Assembly (NCBI GenBank): GCA_021413805.1
Contig: JAIOPR010000096.1
Location: 1-56,604 of the forward strand
DNA length: 56,604 nucleotides
Reading direction: 5' to 3'
From: Planctomycetota bacterium
GTDB lineage: Bacteria; Planctomycetota; MHYJ01; WSZJ01
Shown here: positions 19,480 through 27,971 of the stretch, one piece after another
How positions within the stretch are numbered: the first letter of the stretch is position 1
How the letters are laid out: each line of letters begins with the position of its first letter
Notes under the pieces: generated by a model
The model's input: the letters and a program-made list of their open reading frames with translations, nothing else
What the model was told of the DNA's origin: nothing
The model's database searches: none
Program-made: the position numbers and the translations under genes

Positions 19480-19830
19480 TTATGCGCCGCCGACCTGTTT
19501 CAAGGCAGCACGCGCCGAGTCGAGGTAGCGCGGGACATCGTCGGCGAGGACCTGCCAAACGACCTTGTCGTCCACCTTGAAATACCCGTGGATCAAGATA
19601 TTCCGAAAGGCAACGACCGACCTGACGTCCCCCAGCAATCCCGCGACCGCGGCGTCCTTCGCCTTCAGTTGAACCGTGGCCTCGCCAATGATCGTCAGTT
19701 GGCGCTCGACCGCGGAACGAAGCAGCAGCGAGGCTTGGTAATGGCGGAAATTCTGGCCCTTGATGAATTCAAGCACCGCCTCGCAGGCCTTTACGATATC
19801 GCTGAGGTAGCTACCTGCGGGATTCTTCAT
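19480..19830 (-). CDS. hepT: HepT-like (DUF86) toxin
   Basis: RNILIHGYFKVD (Rx4HxY) motif. Overlaps the upstream MNT gene by 20 nt. Local GC dip. Confidence 0.85.
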   Translation of the reverse strand: MKNPAGSYLSDIVKACEAVLEFIKGQNFRHYQASLLLRSAVERQLTIIGEATVQLKAKDAAVAGLLGDVRSVVAFRNILIHGYFKVDDKVVWQVLADDVPRYLDSARAALKQVGGA

Positions 19831-20128
19831 AGACGACGCTACGGTCCGATTCGATTTCCTTGAGGAAATACGGGTTGGTGATTGACGGAAGCGTCAGCAG
19901 TTCCACCCGGCGCCCGAGCAGATCTTCCAGCCCGAAGAGAAGATTGAAGTAACACCGGCCGTATTCCACGGGAGGCAGGTCTTCCATTTCCACGATGAAG
20001 TCGAAGTCGCTGGTCGGTTTGTCCTGCCCACGGGCTGCCGAGCCGAACAGTTCCAGCCGGCACACATGATTGCGTGTGCACAGTTCGCGGATTTCCTTGG
20101 AGTGAGCGATGAGTGCGGGATGCTCCAT
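19811..20128 (-). CDS. mntA: MNT-type nucleotidyltransferase antitoxin
   Basis: LFGSAARGQ...DFDF nucleotidyltransferase motif. Confidence 0.85.
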   Translation of the reverse strand: MEHPALIAHSKEIRELCTRNHVCRLELFGSAARGQDKPTSDFDFIVEMEDLPPVEYGRCYFNLLFGLEDLLGRRVELLTLPSITNPYFLKEIESDRSVVYEESRR

Positions 20129-20208
20129 GGGAGGTGATTGTAGCTCTTCGGGAGGCTTTCACAACGTGGGGACAAGAGCGCTGAAACTTTCTACCTGCGA
20201 CACCTCGG

Positions 20209-20886
20209 TCAGACGATATCCCGCGCCAACCTCAGCAGAAATCTCCAGCTGCTGGACGTCGCGAGCTTCGACTTTCCCCACGCCCGTTCGTACTCGTGGC
20301 TCGGGACCTCGACCACGCGAAGGCCCTTCTTCAGCGCCTTCATGACCATTTCGGTTTCGATGTCGAAATGGGTCGAATTCAGGTGGAGCGACAGCAGCTT
20401 TTCGCGGTAGCCGGCGCGGAAGCCGTTGAGGATGTCGGTCAGCCGGGCGCGCCACCTCACGTTCACCATCCACGTCGCGAAGGCGCTTCCCCACTGCCGG
20501 AAGGCGTGCTCGACGTCCATCTGGAACTCGTCGGAGCCGCCGGCGGCGCGGCTGGCGATGACGAGGTCGGCGTGACCGAGGGAGAGGGGGGCGAGGACGT
20601 TGGGGATGTCGCGGGGCTCGTGGGAGCCGTCGGCGTCGAAGAAGAGGACGACTTCGGAGGTGGCTTCGCGGAGGGCGGTGCGGATGCCGTCGCCTTTGCC
20701 GCGGCCGCCGTCGAGGACGACGCGGGCGCCGGCGGCGGCGAGGGCGCGGGTGTCGTCGGTCGAGTGGCCGTCCACGACGAGGATTTCGTCGGCGTACGGG
20801 CGGACCTGCTCGATGACCTTGACGACGCCGCCACCCTCGTTGCGGGTGGGGAGGACGATCGTGACTTTGTGGCCGGGGGCGATCAC
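20209..20886 (-). CDS. family 2 glycosyltransferase (polyprenol-phosphate sugar synthase-like)
   Basis: IVLPTRNE ... VVDGHSTDDT ... FFDADGSH motifs. Confidence 0.85.
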   Translation of the reverse strand: MIAPGHKVTIVLPTRNEGGGVVKVIEQVRPYADEILVVDGHSTDDTRALAAAGARVVLDGGRGKGDGIRTALREATSEVVLFFDADGSHEPRDIPNVLAPLSLGHADLVIASRAAGGSDEFQMDVEHAFRQWGSAFATWMVNVRWRARLTDILNGFRAGYREKLLSLHLNSTHFDIETEMVMKALKKGLRVVEVPSHEYERAWGKSKLATSSSWRFLLRLARDIV

Positions 20887-20959
20887 GCGGGACTCCGTTG
20901 GGAAGCGAACGGTCCCCCCCGCGGGAAGGAGGGCATTGAAGCGTTTGTAGCGGCGCGGA

Positions 20960-21634
20960 TCAAGCGGGCTTCCGCGTGGCGGTGAGGGAAATCTTGGCCC
21001 AGGTGTCGGGGTTCGAGGTTTTCTGGAGGGCGGCGATGACGCGGTCCATGGTGAGGGCGAAGAGCCGCGACTTGCCGAGCGAAGGGAGCCCGAACTTGTG
21101 GTGGAGGAGCGCGCGGTAGACGAGCGTCGGCTCGCGCACCGAGAGGATCACCGGATCGACCGGCAGCCCTTCGAACAACGCCGCCACGTTCTCCGGCGTC
21201 TGCTTCGCGATCTTCCGCTCGCACGGGTCGATCGCCGCAAACAACCGCAGAATTCCGTTCCTCCCGTTGTCGTCCAGCACGCACACCTTCCCCCCCGGCC
21301 GGCACACCCTCACCATCTCCGCCACCACCGGCCGCGCTTCGTCCACATGGTGCAGGATGTCCCGCGCGAAAACCCGGTCGAACGCCCCGTCCCGGAACGG
21401 CAGCCGGGCGGCGTCGGCCTGGGCGAAGCGCCCGTCGGTCCGCGTCGCGGCGCAGCGGAGCGACGCCCGGTCGATGTCGATCCCCACGGCGCCGCGCACC
21501 CCGCGCACCACGAGGTTGTTCCCCTGCCCGCACCCCACCTCCAGCACGCTCCCGCCATCCAGGTCGAGCGCTTCCAGGATCGACGCTTCGCGCGACCTCA
21601 TGTACGGGTTTTCGGTGAGCCAGTCGAAACGCAT
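20960..21634 (-). CDS. class I SAM-dependent methyltransferase
   Basis: VLEVGCGQGNN motif I. Start set at MRFDW (21634); the ORF-track start at 21703 adds a Pro-rich tail encoded by a C12 run and the 22-nt motif. Confidence 0.8.
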   Translation of the reverse strand: MRFDWLTENPYMRSREASILEALDLDGGSVLEVGCGQGNNLVVRGVRGAVGIDIDRASLRCAATRTDGRFAQADAARLPFRDGAFDRVFARDILHHVDEARPVVAEMVRVCRPGGKVCVLDDNGRNGILRLFAAIDPCERKIAKQTPENVAALFEGLPVDPVILSVREPTLVYRALLHHKFGLPSLGKSRLFALTMDRVIAALQKTSNPDTWAKISLTATRKPA

Positions 21635-21687
21635 GGGGGGGGGGGGCCAGTATAGCGGGGGAAGGGGGCTCGACGGCGGCGTGAGAC

Positions 21688-21709
21688 GGATAAACTGGGG
21701 CATGCGCAG
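21688..21709 (+). repeat. 22-nt motif GGATAAACTGGGGCATGCGCAG, copy 1
   Basis: Identical to the copy at 26197-26218; 18/22 identical to the copy at 27026-27047. Confidence 0.9.
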
Positions 21710-21718
21710 GAGGCGAGA

Positions 21719-21884
21719 TGGATCAGGGCATCAGGGAGGCTTAGAATGGTGGTCTGTGAGGCGTTCACACCGCGCGGGTCCTGCCCGCCGGCCCGGGTCG
21801 CCCCCCGGACGGGCGATCCGGGCCGGCCGCAGGCGCAAACCGGGGCTCCCGTGGCGCCGCGGGCGGTTTCGAATTTCCGATTGC
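21719..21884 (+). repeat. promoter-plus-leader repeat, copy D
   Basis: TGGATC-N17-TAGAAT, then blocks GTGAGGCGTTCACAC, CCCGCCGGCCCGG and GCGGGCGGTTTCGAATTTCCGATTG. Ends 43 nt before the ATG at 21928. Confidence 0.85.
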
Positions 21885-21927
21885 GTCTCCCGGATTTCCC
21901 GCGTCGCGGTTTAGACGAGGCGATGAC

Positions 21928-24332
21928 ATGAGGCGACTTCTCACGATCGCATTCGCCGTGGCCGCGGCCGTCGCCGTCCGTGCAGACGACCCGGACCTTG
22001 CCGCCCGCCTCAACCGCGAGTTCGCCCGCCTCGCCTCCGACGACGCCTCCGAGCGGGACGCGGGGGTCGAGGCGATTGCGAAGGAGGGGCGCGCAGCGGA
22101 GCCCGCTGTCAGGACTCGGATGCAGACGGAGAAGGATCCCGAAGTGAAGGGCCGACTCGCCCGTGTCCTGCAACGCATTGAGATTTTGGGCCTTGCGAGA
22201 CGGACGTGGACGCGCCTTTGGAGCTGTCGTCCTGTAGCCGCTGATCCCCTTGCTGCCGCGATCTCCCCCGACGGACGATGGGCCTCATCCCTTGGAGAGG
22301 ACGGCGGACTCGTGGTCTGGGACGCCGCGACCGGCAAGCCTCTCCGCGAGCTTCAGCTCGACGAGATCCCGAGAGTTTGTTTCCTCTGCTTCAACGCGGA
22401 CGGGAGCTTCCTTGCGGCTGCGCTGGGAGAGCCGGAGGAACACCGTACTTCCGGGTGCCACAAAGGGAGGAAGAAGCGGGCTTGCTCTGGGTCGTCGACG
22501 CCGGTGGTGCCGTCGTGCTTGGGCACGACCAGCATTTCGAGGCGATTTCACCGGACGGCCTCCGGATTGCCCTGGCCGACGTCACGCCGGACTCGAAGTT
22601 CAAGGACGTCGCGACGACGGTGTTGCTGGAAGCGTCGTCGGGGAAAGAGATTCGAAAGGTCGAATTCGGCCACGCGGCGGATCCCGACTTTCCCGTGTCG
22701 ATCGCGCCCGACGCATCCGCCGTCGCTTCGATTGAAGGCGGGCGGATCCGCTACCGTTCGCTTGAAACCGACCAGGCCGAGCTCGAGTTCGGCACGGGGG
22801 CGAAATGGCTCGCCTGGCACGGGAAGGCACTTGTCACGGCACATGCGGACGGCTCGGTTCGCTGGTGGTCGGGCGGCAAAGTCGTACGCGTGGTGGAAAA
22901 GGCCATCGAGAATCTTGAGCGCGTCGACGTCAAGTCCGGCTGCGTTCTTGCGAATGGGTCGGAGAGACCCGAGCCGCGCCGGTTTCGGGATCTCGCCTGC
23001 GTTCTGAACGCCGACAGCGGGGCCGTCCTCGACCGGTTCGAGATGAAGGGGAATCCCTTCGCGTGGGGCGGCCTCGTGTTCGATTTCTTCGGCGAGTGCG
23101 ACACGCGGGTCTTCTGCTCGGGAAAGCTTGCCCTCCGCCTTCCTGCGAGCGAGTCGGGCGACTCGTTGTGGTCTGGGCGCACCTGGTTCGGCGGAGATCG
23201 CGCCCTCGTCGTGGGGCATAAGCGGATGACGCTTCACGATCTCGCTCACGGCGACGCGACGACGGCGCTCCCGCAGCACGTTTCGCGCGTTCATGAGCTG
23301 GAGTGGTTCGAGGAGGGCCTCCACGTCGCGGGCTCCGATTCATCCGTTCTGATCGGCAACGACCAACTGCACTCCACCGCCATGCTGCATTACCAGGCCG
23401 CCATCACCTGCGGCCGCCATACGCTTGACCTTGGGCCGCTGGGTCTTGACGAAGTCGGCAAGGGCGCGATTTCCGCGGATGGCCGCTGGCTGGCGGTCCG
23501 TATGCGGAATCACGTGCTCTTCCGTCCGACGGACCCGGCAGGCGAAGCGCGCGTTCTCGGGGAAGACTGCCCAAAGGACTGGCAAGGTGCATTCCCCTCG
23601 CACCCCATTGCCATCGCCGCCGACGGCTCGCTTGTCGCCGCAGTTTCCGCGAATCTGCATTCCGTCGATGTCTGGGAGTCCTCGACGGGCCGCCGACTCG
23701 CCACCATCGCAAAGGAGGGAAGCTCGATCGAGGACCTCGAAGTCGTCCCGGGAAGTTGCAACATCGTCGTCATGGGCCCGTGCGATGACAAAACCGGACT
23801 GATCCGCGTTTTCAAACCAACCGGCGAACTCGTTTCTTCGAACAAGTGGCCGTTGTATTGGACCGGAAGCTCGCACTTTGTTCACGGTCGCTGGGAGATT
23901 GCCTCGAAGGACATTGACGATTTGCCCTCCGAGATCTGGATCCTCGATGTGACGCAAGCCGCACCTCCCGTGCGATTGGTACTTCCTTCCGGCGGCAACT
24001 TCACCATGCCCTGCGTTCATGAGAGCGGCGACGGCGACCACGTAATCGTTGAGAATCTCCAGGATCGGCGCGTCTACCTGCTCTCCTGCCGGGACAGCTC
24101 CGTCCTGCCGCTCGGCGACTGGGACCTCGGCGCGATCGGCGTCGCTGGCTTCCTGGACCGAGTTCACCCCGTCCGCATCGGCCCAGGCGGCCTGGCGCTG
24201 TATTACGGCCCGACCGTCGAGAAAGTCTCCTGCGACCCGGCCATCCGCGGTCAGGCGCTCGCGGTCTCGCCGGACGGGAAGCGCGTCGCAGTTGCCGACG
24301 GCGGCACCGTCACGGTCTACGAGCTCCGGTGA
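21928..24332 (+). pseudogene. secreted HEAT-like + WD40-like beta-propeller protein with broken reading frame (or sequencing error)
   Basis: Signal peptide MRRLLTIAFAVAAAVAVRA. Frame of ORF 21928.. is credible to about 22440 (..FNADGSFLAAALGEPEE). Credible coding continues in the frame of ORF 22278..24332 from about 22470 (LLWVVDAGGAVV..). Confidence 0.6.
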
Positions 24333-24643
24333 CCGGGTGGGCCGATCTCGCCGAGCGCCGGACGCCCGGACGAAGACCCCGTCCGCTGGTCAGATGCAGG
24401 GGGCGGGTCGAAGGGCTGCACTCCGGCCTCGGAGCAGGCGCGCCGAAGTTCGCAAGCCTCGCGCTCCAATTCTCCCGTGTCTCCTGTTTCGCCAAGAATC
24501 GTCGCACCCAGATGCCAGATCTCGCGCGCTTCATCGGGACGGCCCGCGCGAGGACACAGTTGCGCCTTGCCTCGAAGGGTCGGTTGCCGACTTTCCGGTC
24601 GATGAGAACCGCCTGCTCGATGCGCCGAAGCGCTTGTTCGCGC

Positions 24644-24770
24644 TGGATTTGCGGCCGCCACGAGGCGTAGAGTGGCCGTTCGTGGAGCCATTGCACCCCG
24701 AATATCCCGCCGACCTGGCGAAGACCCCGCGCCCGGCGGCGCGGAGGGCGGTTTCGAAGTTCCTATTGGT
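24644..24770 (+). repeat. promoter-plus-leader repeat, copy A
   Basis: TGGATT-N18-TAGAGT, then GTGGAGCCATTGCAC, CCCGCCGACCTGG and GGCGGCGCGGAGGGCGGTTTCGAAGTTCCTATTGG. Ends 45 nt before the ATG at 24816. Confidence 0.85.
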
Positions 24771-24815
24771 AATTGTCGGCGGACGGTCGTTCGAGCGGCG
24801 GTTTCTGAGGGACCG

Positions 24816-25202
24816 ATGATGGATTCCCAGTTGGTGCGAGCGGTCGCGCGTATGGCGCTCGATTTCCAATCACGCAGCGACGTCTCGATGAAGACGCTGC
24901 TTGAGGCATCCGGCTATCTGGCGGCGCCTGACGCGGCCTCCGTGGAGCGGTTGGAGATGGAGTTCAAGCGCCATCCGGACCTCGTCGAGTCTTGGCTGCG
25001 CAATTCGGACGACACTCGTTCCAGTCCGGCTTGGTACGTCCGATCGCTCGGCGACTCATGGGAAGTCGGTCGCTGCCCCGGAGGCCCACAAGAAGAGTTC
25101 CGCGATTTGACGGTCGCGTGCGCGACGTACGTTAAGCGCCACGTGGAGCAGATGCGCGGCTATTACGGGAAGGAGTGGTCGCCCCTCAAGCCTTCGACAT
25201 AG
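24816..25202 (+). CDS. hypothetical protein (128 aa)
   Basis: ATG ATG at 24816 inside ORF 24672..25202, downstream of repeat copy A. No recognisable domain. Confidence 0.5.
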   Translation: MMDSQLVRAVARMALDFQSRSDVSMKTLLEASGYLAAPDAASVERLEMEFKRHPDLVESWLRNSDDTRSSPAWYVRSLGDSWEVGRCPGGPQEEFRDLTVACATYVKRHVEQMRGYYGKEWSPLKPST

Positions 25203-25440
25203 CCCCCGCCGGCAACCCGGCCTTTCCGGTGACCCAGCACGCCGCGAAGTGTCCGGGCCGATGCTCCACGAGGGGCGGGTCCTCCGTCCAACACCGATCG
25301 ATCCGCGCCGGGCAGCGGTCCGCGAATCGGCAGCCCTCGAACTTCTTCGTCGTCGTCGGGATCTCGCCCTGGAGCGCGATCCGCTTGCGGCCGCGTTGCA
25401 CGGTCAGATCGGGAACGGGGATCGCCGAAGAGGACGCCAT
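25186..25440 (-). pseudogene. orphan 3' fragment of an oligopeptide/dipeptide ABC transporter ATPase (OppF/DppF C-terminal domain)
   Basis: SAIPVPD...LQGEIP...GCRFADRCPARIDRCWTEDPPLVEHRPGHFAACW matches the conserved C-terminal tail of OppD/F. No Walker or ABC-signature region lies upstream. Confidence 0.7.
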
Positions 25441-25583
25441 CTACAAAATCCTCAAGCATCTCGGACTTTCCGCCGCCCCCGAGGAATCACGCGCCCCTCC
25501 CGCCGCCGCGTCGTTGCCCGCTTCCGCTATCCTGGGCGAGCGAAGAGCGCGACCTGGCAAGGACCATGTATAATCCGGTCATC

Positions 25584-25856
25584 ATGTCCAAGGAACATCC
25601 TGTCGAGCGGGCGGCGCCGGGAATCTCCGCGGAAGGGCTCTTCGCGCAAGCCGTGCATCTCAAACCGCGCGATCGGGCCGCACTCGCGGGCAGGCTTCTG
25701 GCCAGTGTCAATCGGGACGCGGGGCGCGATCAAAAGGCAGCCTTCCACGCCACCGTCCTTCAACGCTTCGCCGAGCTTGAGTCTGGAACTGAAAAGGGTC
25801 ACACCGTCGAGCAGTCTCTCGCGGCCATGCGCCGCCGGCCTCGCCGGAAATCGTGA
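25584..25856 (+). CDS. putative addiction-module antitoxin component
   Basis: L.PRDRAALAGRLLASV ... RFAELESG pattern. Its stop overlaps the toxin start (GTGA). TATAAT at 25569-25574 precedes the ATG at 25584; an alternative ATG lies at 25566. Confidence 0.65.
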   Translation: MSKEHPVERAAPGISAEGLFAQAVHLKPRDRAALAGRLLASVNRDAGRDQKAAFHATVLQRFAELESGTEKGHTVEQSLAAMRRRPRRKS

Positions 25857-26149
25857 TTCGGATTCACAAGGCGGCCACCGTCGAAGCGACGGCGGCGTTC
25901 TGGTGGTATGAGAAACGCAGCGCAGCGACAGCGACGCGATTCTGGACCCGAGTAAAGGCGGCCTACCAGGAGATCCTGGCGGCGCCGTTGAAATGGGCCG
26001 CAGATGAAGAGGGCATTCGCTCATTTCGCATCAAGGGCTTTCCGTACGCGATCATCTACAAGGTCGTCGCGTCTGAAATCCTTGTCGCGTCCGTCGCTCA
26101 CGGAAAGCGGCGCCCCCGCTACTGGCGCACGCGCTGGCGCGACTTTTAG
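25853..26149 (+). CDS. parE: ParE/RelE-family toxin
   Basis: ..FPYAIIYKV...ILVASVAHGKRRPRYW typical of plasmid-stabilisation ParE toxins. Confidence 0.8.
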   Translation: MIRIHKAATVEATAAFWWYEKRSAATATRFWTRVKAAYQEILAAPLKWAADEEGIRSFRIKGFPYAIIYKVVASEILVASVAHGKRRPRYWRTRWRDF

Positions 26150-26196
26150 CACGCCATCAGCTGCGCACTCGCGGCGCCTGCCAAGCGTGGTGCGCC

Positions 26197-26218
26197 GGAT
26201 AAACTGGGGCATGCGCAG
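26197..26218 (+). repeat. 22-nt motif, copy 2 (contains the lipoprotein start codon)
   Basis: GGATAAACTGGGGCATGCGCAG; its ATG is at 26211. Confidence 0.9.
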
Positions 26219-27017
26219 AATCGCCCTTCTCTCGCTCGTGATCGTCGTCGGCTGCTATCCGCGGCTCGCCCCGTTTAACCACTCGAAGTGGATGGACGAC
26301 GCGGGAGCGCCGGCCGGGAGTTCGGAGTCCCGGCTTGCAGAATTCAGCGGCACCTATGGCTACGGCCTGGGTTTCGGCGGGTCAGAGCTTCGGGTGGAGC
26401 CGAACGGCCGCTGGCTTTATCGTTCGTACGGTTGCATGGGGCTGGACATCGAATGCTCAGGCACCGCGCGCGTCTCGGGGGAAGTCCTGGTGCTGGAGAA
26501 GCAGGATGCCTTCGGTTTCCCGACAGGAGAATTCGTCTCATGCCGGGCGGTTCCCTGGGAGGACCGGATTTACCTGTTGGACGACCTGGACATGGAGGAA
26601 TTCTGCGAACGGGTCAACGCGGGCTGGGAACCCGACGAGGAGGGGCGGAGCCCCTTCTTTCACATCGGCGAACTGGATTCGTTCCATCCTTCCGCTCCGC
26701 CTGACCTGCCTGCGGAGTGGCGCGGGCGGCTCCTGAAGAACCCGGTGAGCGGCACCATCCTTGAACGGTGTGAGGACGGTACGTTTCGCGCAGACGTCGG
26801 AAGTTCTGGTGGCGTCTACGTGGGGCTTGAGCTCCTGGTCGACCGGCGAGCGGATTGGCCGGGTCTGACTATGGTGGTCACGGCATGCTCGGAAGGGGAG
26901 TGCGTGCTGAAGCTGAGTCCAGGATTCGACAAGTGGGCACCGAAGCCTGGAAGTGCAGTTCGCAGCTACGCCTGGGGAGAGAGGAGCCGGCGTTGGAAAC
27001 CGGGCAATTCAAGGTGA
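26211..27017 (+). CDS. lipoprotein, paralog 1 (268 aa)
   Basis: MRRIALLSLVIVVGC lipobox. Homologous along its full length to the next gene. Confidence 0.7.
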   Translation: MRRIALLSLVIVVGCYPRLAPFNHSKWMDDAGAPAGSSESRLAEFSGTYGYGLGFGGSELRVEPNGRWLYRSYGCMGLDIECSGTARVSGEVLVLEKQDAFGFPTGEFVSCRAVPWEDRIYLLDDLDMEEFCERVNAGWEPDEEGRSPFFHIGELDSFHPSAPPDLPAEWRGRLLKNPVSGTILERCEDGTFRADVGSSGGVYVGLELLVDRRADWPGLTMVVTACSEGECVLKLSPGFDKWAPKPGSAVRSYAWGERSRRWKPGNSR

Positions 27018-27025
27018 CTCCAGCG

Positions 27026-27047
27026 CGATAGACTGGGGCATGCGTCG
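27026..27047 (+). repeat. 22-nt motif, copy 3 (contains the lipoprotein start codon)
   Basis: CGATAGACTGGGGCATGCGTCG; its ATG is at 27040. Confidence 0.85.
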
Positions 27048-27846
27048 CTTCAATCTCCTGCTCCTTGTGGCCTCCCTCGGCTGCAGCGTGCGTCCCGCCC
27101 CGGTTGAAGACGGACGCTGGAACGTCAGCGGCGTGGCGCCGAATGATCCTCCGGCGTTCTCGATGCGAAGCGTCGCCGGAAACTACGACACGCACTCCCC
27201 CGGCGGTGGCGCGGAACTGCGGATCGGGACGGACGGCCGGTGGACCTATCACGACTTCAGCTTCTTCGGCACCTCGAACGACATGAGCAGCGGGACGTTT
27301 CGGGTTTCCGGCGACAGCATCGTGCTCGAGGAGAATGACGCGATCGGCTTCCCGAGCGGTGAGTACGTGGTGCTGACCCTGGTTCGCTGGTGCGAACGCC
27401 GGTACCTCCTCGCCCCCGACGACTTCGCCAGGTTCTGCAACCACCTCAACTGGGGTTCTGAACCGGAGAGGTCGATGTGGGGCCGGTTTCTGCTGAAGGA
27501 CGAAGGCGCCGAACGTTTCAACATCGTCCACCCGGTGGAGGGCCCGCCCGGCTTGCCGGCGGAGTGGTTGAAGCACATCCTCCGGGAGCCGATCGCCGGG
27601 GTCGTGCGAGAAGTACTTCCCGAGGGTCGACTCCGCGTGGATCTTGGAAGCGCGGAAGGCATCTTCCCCGAGATGGACCTCCGGGCCGTGGATGAACGGG
27701 GCGTGAACCTGACCTTCCTCCGGGCGGTGAGTTGCACCGAACATGAATGTGTCCTGGAGCCGCGAGGAAAGCCGGAGGGACAGACGCCCCAGGTCGGCTG
27801 GAAGGTGACGTGCGACGCGAAGGGCGCCGAGTTCGCGCCGAAATAG
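27040..27846 (+). CDS. lipoprotein, paralog 2 (268 aa)
   Basis: MRRFNLLLLVASLGC lipobox. Shared blocks with paralog 1: GG.ELR...(N/D)GRW.Y, SGT.RVSG...VLE..DA.GFP.GE(F/Y)V, PPGLPAEW/PPDLPAEW, EGECVL/EHECVL. Confidence 0.7.
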   Translation: MRRFNLLLLVASLGCSVRPAPVEDGRWNVSGVAPNDPPAFSMRSVAGNYDTHSPGGGAELRIGTDGRWTYHDFSFFGTSNDMSSGTFRVSGDSIVLEENDAIGFPSGEYVVLTLVRWCERRYLLAPDDFARFCNHLNWGSEPERSMWGRFLLKDEGAERFNIVHPVEGPPGLPAEWLKHILREPIAGVVREVLPEGRLRVDLGSAEGIFPEMDLRAVDERGVNLTFLRAVSCTEHECVLEPRGKPEGQTPQVGWKVTCDAKGAEFAPK

Positions 27847-27971
27847 TCGAGCTCAATCCAGGGGACCCATCGGTCAATATTCGCAGGGGCCGCGCGTCGC
27901 GCGACAGGAGCGACTCGCCAACCCAGTCCGCTTCTCACGACCTCTTCTTCCCTCCTGAGCGAGCCCCGCCG

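Noticed and set aside
22440-22480. Programmed -1 ribosomal frameshift in the WD40-like gene
   Set aside because: There is no X XXY YYZ heptamer in the correct register (CAC AAA GGG is codon-aligned, not slippery), and no obvious downstream pseudoknot. A mutational or assembly indel is the simpler explanation.
24310-24696. Possible TPR-like gene remnant on the minus strand between the WD40 gene and copy A (..QREQALRRIEQAVLIDRKVGNRPFEA.. / ..GRPDEAREIWHLGATILGE..)
   Set aside because: It needs a frameshift to read through. It overlaps both the 3' end of the WD40 gene and the predicted promoter of copy A, and it has no recognisable motif. It cannot be separated from chance by eye and is left as non-coding.
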